Positions 57,459 to 64,000 of a stretch of 64,000 nucleotides of DNA are shown piece by piece. The position numbers and the translations under genes were made by a program. This DNA comes from Giardia intestinalis (Eukaryota), in the NCBI GenBank assembly GCA_000002435.2, contig CM018791.1. One strand, written 5' to 3'. The notes below the pieces were generated by a model, which was not told the DNA's origin, did no database searches, and saw only the letters and a program-made list of their open reading frames with translations. Within the stretch, counting starts at the first letter, position 1. Every line of letters starts with the position of its first letter.

Positions 57459-59819
57459 ATGAGAGGCCAGCCCTCATTGCCTTCTCAGCAGCACCATGAG
57501 CCTTCTGGAGGTCTTGTGGCTAGCGGGACGCAAGTCTCCGAAGAGGTAGCTAAGCAAGTCGGCCCATCGGTAGACATAGCTATGTTATTCCGCAGCAATC
57601 CGACAGACGTCGATGCTCTCCTGGCGCGTGTCATCCAGCTTATGAATGCAAACGAAATGCTAACACTATTTTCTCTCCTGAAGTACTACATATCCCTTGT
57701 TGAGAATCGAACCGAGATTCCTCTATTGGCCGTCCTCAGCCTGGCCCGAGCTTATTCAAGCATCGACGAACACAAGCTAGCGGTTGAAATCCTTCAGCTC
57801 TATCTCGAAGACGACGCCTACGTTACGGCACGCGCTAAAATCGAGGGCTATGAGACCCCCTTCTCATGTAAAATGGTTCTTCTCCTGCCATTTGTAATCG
57901 AAACGCACCTCCTCTATAGCATGAGTTCTCCTCTCGTCTATGCAAGCTCGATCTTTGAAGCCAACGATCGGGTTTATATGGAGAAATTCTCGATTTTGTT
58001 TCTATGCATTACAGACATCTTCAAGTTATACGCGGATGCAGACACGCTGCTGGAAACAGACACCCTTTTTGCGCGAGTTGTTACTGACGTAGCAACTGTT
58101 CACAACGTTTTGACAATCAAAATATCTGCTACTCTGGGTCAATCTGAACCCACCAAAGATCCGGATTGTCTTCGCCAAAAAATATATGTGCTCAGGAAAC
58201 ACCTTGGTATTCTTATCCCTATGATAAATGCGTCCGCCTTCAGCTCTATCTCTCTAATCGCTAAGTGCATTCTCTGCTTTATTGAGCTTATCGGAGACTA
58301 TCGTCTTATTTTAAGGGAAGGTTTGGCAGAGTTGATCTTCGGTAAGGGAACCTCTCAGAAGGTGCAGGAAGAGCTTACTCAACTTATCAAGAAGTCCCAC
58401 ATATTGGTACTCAAATCGATGACCCTATATGCTGAGCAGCAAGTAACTACTGCAGTTATAGCATCTGATCCTGCGGAATCGGCGCATGATGCCTCCTTTT
58501 CAGCAACAGACGCCAGGGAGACCATCGTGGTTACTACCCCGCGTGTGTGCATGCAGGATGATAGTACCACGTCTTCCTGCACTCCCACTCGTTCTATAGA
58601 CGGTGTCTCCAAAATCAAGGAGCTTCTGTCTGGTCCTTCACGGCCCCTTTCCTCTGTGCAGACTCTTGGCCCGAGCGGTACCAACGGCTTTACAGAATTC
58701 AGCAAGCCCCGTGTGCTTCCAACCGTGAACCCACACATACAGTTGCGTTCATTCTTTATCGGGCATGAGGTACTTGACATTCACACTCCTAGGATAAAGG
58801 AAAGCAACGATAAACTTACTACCGCTAAAGGAAGAGACTCTACTTGGACCGCAAGCACCTGTACCAGTGGCATTGATGAGTTATCAGGTTCTCATGCAGA
58901 GCCGAGCACACAGATGAAAGCCCAGCGTGCGCTGGACATCTGGTATGAGAAGACACTTCAGTCTAGGATCACCTTCCAGATGTTGCTGAACCTAGCAAAC
59001 GTCCTTAAAATAAGCCAGTTTAACACAATATCAGAGTACGACGAGATCGTCTATTTTATGTCTGTTATCCTCAGCGACTTTGAAAGTCACATCACTAGTA
59101 CTCGAAAGCTTGCTGATTTCCTTGTTCTTGTCTTTGAAATAATTCGGATGCTGATAGGAATAAGCGATCAGTTGGTCCGAAAGTATAGCACTGTGGCCTA
59201 CATTCTCTACTCTTATGCCATTAAGGTCTCCACCGTGTACTGTGACATTGAGCGAAAGGTAGCTCTTCGATTTAATATGGATGAGCAATACAAGGCTTAC
59301 ACAGGACCCTTGCAGGAAATTCTAAGGGAGCTTTCCATCATATTACCCTCTCAGAAGCTTAAGGCGCGTTATAGTATAGACATTGCTTATGAAAACGGGG
59401 ACATGTTCTTCCTTGAGATTCTAGATGGTAACTTGACCCGAGCATTATGTTTTGAGCATGACTATTCCATTTCGGAGCTGTCCCGTTTGGCAGCGCGTCG
59501 TATAGCCATCATCGAGTTCACATTGAGCCTAGCGTTGTTTAATGCAAGGCTCTATCTGGATGCCGCCCTCTGGCTCGAGCGCGCAACCTTGCACTGCAAT
59601 CAGCTAGAGGAAGCGTGGATCTTGCTTGCTCGAACATACCTGAATATAGGAGAGCGGGAAAAGAGTATTCAGGCTGCGTCCGTGTGCTATCGTCTCAACC
59701 CATCTAATTCGCAGGCAAAACGATATTGCGAGAGCGCGCTTCCAGAAATAGGGATTCATATAGAGCTAGCGGTCTCCTCCTCTTGTGAACCAGGGGTCCA
59801 CATAAAGGATGTTAGTTGA
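57459..59819 (+). CDS. Hypothetical alpha-helical protein with TPR-like repeats at the C-terminus. The start is uncertain.
   Basis: The track ORF begins at TTG 57339. The first ATG is M41 at about 57459. The C-terminal segment ALWLERATLHCNQLEEAWILLARTYLNIGEREKSIQAASVCYRLNPSNSQAKRYCESAL is TPR-like. Confidence 0.4.
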   Translation: MRGQPSLPSQQHHEPSGGLVASGTQVSEEVAKQVGPSVDIAMLFRSNPTDVDALLARVIQLMNANEMLTLFSLLKYYISLVENRTEIPLLAVLSLARAYSSIDEHKLAVEILQLYLEDDAYVTARAKIEGYETPFSCKMVLLLPFVIETHLLYSMSSPLVYASSIFEANDRVYMEKFSILFLCITDIFKLYADADTLLETDTLFARVVTDVATVHNVLTIKISATLGQSEPTKDPDCLRQKIYVLRKHLGILIPMINASAFSSISLIAKCILCFIELIGDYRLILREGLAELIFGKGTSQKVQEELTQLIKKSHILVLKSMTLYAEQQVTTAVIASDPAESAHDASFSATDARETIVVTTPRVCMQDDSTTSSCTPTRSIDGVSKIKELLSGPSRPLSSVQTLGPSGTNGFTEFSKPRVLPTVNPHIQLRSFFIGHEVLDIHTPRIKESNDKLTTAKGRDSTWTASTCTSGIDELSGSHAEPSTQMKAQRALDIWYEKTLQSRITFQMLLNLANVLKISQFNTISEYDEIVYFMSVILSDFESHITSTRKLADFLVLVFEIIRMLIGISDQLVRKYSTVAYILYSYAIKVSTVYCDIERKVALRFNMDEQYKAYTGPLQEILRELSIILPSQKLKARYSIDIAYENGDMFFLEILDGNLTRALCFEHDYSISELSRLAARRIAIIEFTLSLALFNARLYLDAALWLERATLHCNQLEEAWILLARTYLNIGEREKSIQAASVCYRLNPSNSQAKRYCESALPEIGIHIELAVSSSCEPGVHIKDVS

Positions 59820-59907
59820 GAAGTGAGCGACACTATTTCAACCAACAATTCAAAAATGAATTCAAGTGTGTATTTATTGGGTTTCTTGGAATTAAGTTTC
59901 GGACTCC

Positions 59908-61473
59908 ATGGCGCCCTACAATGTCTTTGACCTTACCACAATTTCTCAGGCCGTCCTCCAGGCAGAGTACGCGGTTCGTGGGACGGTCCCTCTGCGTGCG
60001 ATAGAGATAGAGGACGAGCTGAAGACCCCCGACGGAGCCAAAAAGTACCCCTTTAACCGTATCATCTACAGCAACATCGGGAACCCGATGGTTATGGGGC
60101 TTAAGTATTCCACATTTCTCCGAAATCTGCTCGCCTTGGTGACGGCCCCGCATGTCCTCTCAAAGCCAGACACCGAAATTTGCGCCCTGTTGAACTGCAA
60201 CCAAGAGTGTGTGGATCGCGCCAGAGCGTTCGTGAAGGAGAATCCGTCTGGTGTTGGGGCATACACCCACTCACAAGGGTACTTGTCTGTCCGCAAGGAG
60301 GTTGCGGCGTTTATCCAGCAGCGGGACGGCTTCCCGTCTGATCCCTCAAACATTTATCTCTCCGACGGGGCGTCTGTTAGCGTGAAGACTATCCTGCAGC
60401 TTCTGGCTGGTCCCAACCCCGGAGATGGTGCCTTTCTTCTTCCAATCCCGCAGTACCCCCTGTACAGTGCCGCCATCGCCCTTAATAATGCAGTCGCCGT
60501 GAAATACTACCTCTTGGAAGACGACGGTTGGTCCATTGATCTCAAGAGTCTTCGAGAGGCCATCGAGACACATAGGAAGACGGCCAAGTCGACAATCAGG
60601 GCACTTATTCTGGTGAACCCTGGTAACCCTTCCGGGTCTGTTTTCTCGAGAGAGACGCTACGGGCTGCGATCGATATCTGCGACGAATATGGGATTTCCA
60701 TAATGAGCGACGAGGTCTATCAGCTCAACACCTATGCAGAGGCGCCAGGGAAGCAGAGGCCTGTCTTCCACTCGATGAAAAAGGTGCTCTGCGAGTGGGA
60801 AAAGGATAAAGGAAGAAAGGGACCTGCTCTCTTCAGCTTCCATTCGGTCTCAAAGGGACTCCTTGGTGAGTGTGGGCTTCGAGGAGGGTACCTGGAGTGC
60901 TACAATGTTCCGAAAGAGATCACAGCGCAAATCTATAAGTGCTTTAGCGTGTGTCTCTGCAGCAACACAATAGGCCAGGTTGTTGTCTCCTATATGGTCA
61001 ATCCTCCAAAGAGCGACGACGAGGACAAGAAACACTTGAAGACAGTTTTCGAGTCCATGGAGCGCAAGGCACAGATACTCACAGAGGGTCTGAACAAGGT
61101 ACCGTATATGACATGCGAGGTGGTTTCCGGGGCCATGTATGCATTCCCTAGACTTTACCTCCCCAAGAGGTTTGTAGAGGAGGCAGAAGCAGGGAAGATG
61201 GCAGCGGACACTCTCTACTGTCTCAAACTCCTTGAAACGACGGGTGTGTGCGGAGTCCCTGGAAACGGGTTCCAGCAACGTGAGAACACATTCCACATGC
61301 GCATCACAATCTTGGAGGATGAGAAGTTCTTCCACGAGTTTGTGGAGAAGATATCGACGTTCCATAAAGATCTTTGGAAGAAGTATGGGTCAGACAGTGA
61401 ACGTGCAGCCTACCGCAAAGAGATAGAGGAGCGCTTTGCTACTATGAGGAAGGCCTGTCATGCGGAGTGGTAG
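59908..61473 (+). CDS. ALT: Alanine aminotransferase, a PLP-dependent class I aminotransferase.
   Basis: ATG confirmed. NIGNPMVMGL, YTHSQGYLSVRKEVAAFIQQRDGFPSDPSNIYLSDGAS, PIPQYPLYSA, LVNPGNPSGSV, SVSKGLLGECGLRGGYLE (K = PLP lysine) and NTIGQV are collinear with ALT/GPT. AGTGAAT lies at 61500..61506. Confidence 0.9.
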   Translation: MAPYNVFDLTTISQAVLQAEYAVRGTVPLRAIEIEDELKTPDGAKKYPFNRIIYSNIGNPMVMGLKYSTFLRNLLALVTAPHVLSKPDTEICALLNCNQECVDRARAFVKENPSGVGAYTHSQGYLSVRKEVAAFIQQRDGFPSDPSNIYLSDGASVSVKTILQLLAGPNPGDGAFLLPIPQYPLYSAAIALNNAVAVKYYLLEDDGWSIDLKSLREAIETHRKTAKSTIRALILVNPGNPSGSVFSRETLRAAIDICDEYGISIMSDEVYQLNTYAEAPGKQRPVFHSMKKVLCEWEKDKGRKGPALFSFHSVSKGLLGECGLRGGYLECYNVPKEITAQIYKCFSVCLCSNTIGQVVVSYMVNPPKSDDEDKKHLKTVFESMERKAQILTEGLNKVPYMTCEVVSGAMYAFPRLYLPKRFVEEAEAGKMAADTLYCLKLLETTGVCGVPGNGFQQRENTFHMRITILEDEKFFHEFVEKISTFHKDLWKKYGSDSERAAYRKEIEERFATMRKACHAEW

Positions 61474-61499
61474 GCGAGGATAATCGGTATACTGAGTGG

Positions 61500-61506
61500 A
61501 GTGAAT
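61500..61506 (+). promoter_or_regulatory. Poly(A) signal AGTGAAT (AGTPuAAPy) after the ALT gene.
   Basis: It lies 27 nt after the TAG at 61471..61473. Confidence 0.5.
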
Positions 61507-61530
61507 GCTTTGGATTTACTAGTCACTAAA

Positions 61531-62574
61531 TCATCCTGTTGTCTGCTGGTAGCGATCGAGGATGTGGCGTGAGACAGTATAATACGCCTCTATCAAGCGT
61601 GCGCAATTCTCTGTGCAGACAACACTCAGATTGAAATAGAGCTCCTGTCCTTGTGGCATGGAAAAGTAGAGCGATAAATAATCTGAGTAATAGAAAAGTC
61701 GCCGCAGGCTTGGCACAGGGATAGATTCAATAATCTGCATGCTATCCCTACTGGCCAAACAGATGTACTCCCGAGTCAATAATAGATAACAATAGATAGA
61801 CTTTGCTGTATCCGGCCTGTCCACCATCTTAACTGTCTGGCCTCCACCTTTATTAATCAAATCACCAATCCAGACGGCCGGAATTGATAGCGAATCATAG
61901 AGCGCCAACTTCGAGAAACAGTACAGAAAGTCTGATAATATTGCCTCCTGCGATGAATACTTGAGAAGAGACCTAGCATCCCTATAAATTTCTTGCATTG
62001 CAGACTCAGTAAGAGCCTCGGGGTCCCAGGCAGTCTGCTCCAAAGCCTGGGATACTTCGAGGGGGATTATATGCTGATTCAGCTCAAGTATTAGTGCACC
62101 ATACTTGACTGCGATAAAGTAGCAGCAAAGATCAGAGGTGTTCTCAAGAAGACGGTCGCTGTGAGCAAGAACATGGCCCCGATGAATCTTGTCCAATGCG
62201 TGGTGAATGAGCATTCCCTTGTATACGGCAGAACACTCCGAATAATAGTCTGGGATGCTGCACTTTGCCCTCAGCTTGGAGTCCTCTACTACAGCACGAA
62301 CACCACTCACATCTGGGACGATAAGGGTAAATAGAAGACACTTAATGAGTTTGTTTCTTGGAGAGTAGATATCCACAAGCATAGTGTCTTCACTTACGAA
62401 GATGTCAAGACCCTGTGCGCTAATCTGAAAGAATCCGCAGGTAGCTGCCTCCAGAGGCCGCAAGCAGAGGCGGGCAACCACAGCTGCTTTGAGATCTCTG
62501 ACTAGCATACTTTGCGTTGCTGGGACAGTCAAGTGGCTCCCATCGAGCATATGGACAGTGACAGCGACATCCAT
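61531..62574 (-). CDS. Hypothetical protein, 347 aa, with a possible ubiquitin-like/FERM-like N-terminal fold.
   Basis: ATG confirmed. The weak call rests only on N-terminal beta-grasp-like periodicity (VAVTVHMLDGSHLTVPATQSMLVRDLKAAV). Confidence 0.3.
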   Translation of the reverse strand: MDVAVTVHMLDGSHLTVPATQSMLVRDLKAAVVARLCLRPLEAATCGFFQISAQGLDIFVSEDTMLVDIYSPRNKLIKCLLFTLIVPDVSGVRAVVEDSKLRAKCSIPDYYSECSAVYKGMLIHHALDKIHRGHVLAHSDRLLENTSDLCCYFIAVKYGALILELNQHIIPLEVSQALEQTAWDPEALTESAMQEIYRDARSLLKYSSQEAILSDFLYCFSKLALYDSLSIPAVWIGDLINKGGGQTVKMVDRPDTAKSIYCYLLLTREYICLASRDSMQIIESIPVPSLRRLFYYSDYLSLYFSMPQGQELYFNLSVVCTENCARLIEAYYTVSRHILDRYQQTTG

Positions 62575-62759
62575 GCATGGGAGTCCGAGCTTATGCTTTT
62601 TATTAAACGTACAGATATCGACCTCTGCTCCTCTTTCCAGTACTCTATGCAGCTAGTTTTCATTGTCTACATAGTCATTGCTTTATATATGATTTCACAG
62701 AACAATTTACCGGATATTCGGGACACAAGTCGATGGATCGGATACAGGCCAAATAGGAT

Positions 62760-63764
62760 TCATTCACCTTTGGAACGTGCTTCTAGATCACTTAACCTTT
62801 TTTCTAGCCTGGCTCTTTCTTCGGCAGAGATACGGTTTTCCTCTTTTAAGAAAGCCACTTCCTCTCGAAGAGCGTGGAGCTCTTGTTTAAAAGAGGCCAA
62901 GATAGAGTCGATTCCATCATACGATGGTGAAAGACATGAATTATCCAACAATGCTAGAAACTGTTTCGCCGTTGGTCTTTTTGCTGGATCTTTGTCAAGA
63001 AGGGACTCAATGAGGGTCATGAGTCTTTGGTTGCAGAGATTCGATAGATCGCTGATGTTGTATGACTCTTTATGGAACAACTTCCCAGTTAGTAGCTCAT
63101 ATGCAATGACCCCTAGGCTCCACATATCTGAAGAAAAGGTGTACGCTTCACCACCACTGTCCATATCCACCTCTGGAGCCACGTACTGTGATTCCTTAGT
63201 ACTGCTAATAGCAGCGGTTTTCCAGTACCTGCAATGAATCCCAAAGTCAGTGACGATCACTTGCTCTTTTGAAGAATTAAACATGATATTGCTCGGCTTT
63301 AGGTTATAATGGGGAGTAGGAGAGCCTCCATTATTTAAGGTATGAAGGTGCTCTAATGCTTTACCGACTTGCCGAAGTATGCCCAATGCCTCTTGTAAGG
63401 GAAGTTCTCGTTTATCTCTCTGGCGCTTGCGCATCTCATTGTGAAGTGAATTGGTATACGCTGGTATTTTGATGAGGAGAAGCTTTGAATTTGTGCCGAA
63501 CATTATAATCCTCGCTAAATTAGGATGATTTATCCTTTTAAGCTCATCTAGCTTATCAAGTAGCTTATCAAGTTGATCAGATGTCAGCAAATCAACAGTC
63601 ATTTCCTTTGCAACTTCCTTCTCAGTGCTCAGCAATCTGTAAACATTTCCGTGTGGCCCAAATATTCTGTCCACATTCTTATCAGGGTTATTGTCTATAT
63701 CATCTCTAATATAAGAGAAATCCTCTTGTAATAAACTCGTTCGTTCTTTTCTGAGTGAAAACAT
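62760..63764 (-). CDS. Short NEK-like protein kinase homolog with a C-terminal coiled coil. It is predicted to be a pseudokinase.
   Basis: ATG confirmed. Kinase landmarks are degenerate: the glycine loop is IFGPHGNVY, the catalytic loop is HYNLKPSN (HRD replaced by HYN), DFG is kept as TDFGIH, APE is kept as VAPEV, and DMWSLGVIAYELLTG is present. The C-terminus is a heptad coiled coil (LHALREEVAFLKEENRISAEERARLEKRLSDLEAR). Confidence 0.65.
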   Translation of the reverse strand: MFSLRKERTSLLQEDFSYIRDDIDNNPDKNVDRIFGPHGNVYRLLSTEKEVAKEMTVDLLTSDQLDKLLDKLDELKRINHPNLARIIMFGTNSKLLLIKIPAYTNSLHNEMRKRQRDKRELPLQEALGILRQVGKALEHLHTLNNGGSPTPHYNLKPSNIMFNSSKEQVIVTDFGIHCRYWKTAAISSTKESQYVAPEVDMDSGGEAYTFSSDMWSLGVIAYELLTGKLFHKESYNISDLSNLCNQRLMTLIESLLDKDPAKRPTAKQFLALLDNSCLSPSYDGIDSILASFKQELHALREEVAFLKEENRISAEERARLEKRLSDLEARSKGE

Positions 63765-64000
63765 ACGCTTGACAACCAGTCTTTTTCATTTTAGCAAATA
63801 ATCAGCAGGGATTACGATCTTTCGCCTCTCCTCTGTGACCCTGACCCACTTGTTGAGGGTCCGGCGATTCAGGAACTACCGAGCCTGACTGATCATGTGT
63901 TCTAACATGCTTCTTTCTGCAATTAATGGATCTGCAGCCACTGTCGTGACCACAACACCAGCAGGCCCCGTCCTCTGCACCAGGGGCTTGCGGGCCCCTC

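Noticed and set aside
1-64000. A search for a prokaryotic-style defence or mobile system (CRISPR, restriction-modification, toxin-antitoxin, integrase or transposase).
   Set aside because: There are no direct-repeat/spacer arrays, no recombinase, transposase or reverse-transcriptase motifs, and no operon structure. The gene content and signals are eukaryotic and specifically Giardia. No GilM/GilT-like retrotransposon ORFs were recognised.

Overview
This window is eukaryotic nuclear DNA, almost certainly from Giardia intestinalis (lamblia). It contains no prokaryotic operon, CRISPR array or defence island. The diagnostic features visible directly in the sequence are: a variant-specific surface protein (VSP) gene ending in the Giardia-specific tail ...GFLCWWFLCRGKA (4988..7804 +); the Giardia poly(A) signal AGTPuAAPy (AGTAAAC/AGTGAAT) 20-30 nt after several stop codons; several NEK-like kinases fused to ankyrin repeats (Protein 21.1 family); tightly packed intron-less genes on both strands; and a 258-aa Tgs2-type cap methyltransferase. 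The most unusual structure is in the first 12 kb. The VSP gene, which carries eight perfectly identical 228-bp (76-aa, 10-Cys) tandem repeats, sits between the arms of a near-perfect inverted repeat of about 3.84 kb (about 886..4727 and 7763..11603). The inner edges of the arms fall inside the conserved VSP 3' end: the last 14 codons, the stop and the AGTAAAC signal. The left arm therefore ends in a short, diverged VSP-tail remnant on the minus strand. Each arm carries one identical copy of a 290-aa protein with two Myb/SANT-like repeats. A third, diverged and very GC-rich paralog (12040..12849 -) lies just outside the right arm in a GC-rich island where both strands are ORF-open. The rest of the window (14-64 kb) is ordinary dense Giardia housekeeping and cytoskeletal-signalling sequence. 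Recognisable genes there are Sey1/RHD3, queuine tRNA-ribosyltransferase, NMNAT, a RING-ended HOPS/CORVET-like protein, tRNA-Ser(GCU), Tgs2, an HMG-box protein, GSK3, Esf2/ABT1-like, pyruvate kinase, alanine aminotransferase, and several NEK/ankyrin proteins that are mostly predicted pseudokinases. The supplied ORF track renders GTG/TTG starts as M, so several gene starts were moved to the first in-frame ATG by eye. Exact coordinates of the repeat boundaries and adjusted starts are hand-read and may be off by a few bases. Many overlapping ORFs on the strand opposite real genes, and on all frames in the GC-rich and repeat regions, are judged spurious.
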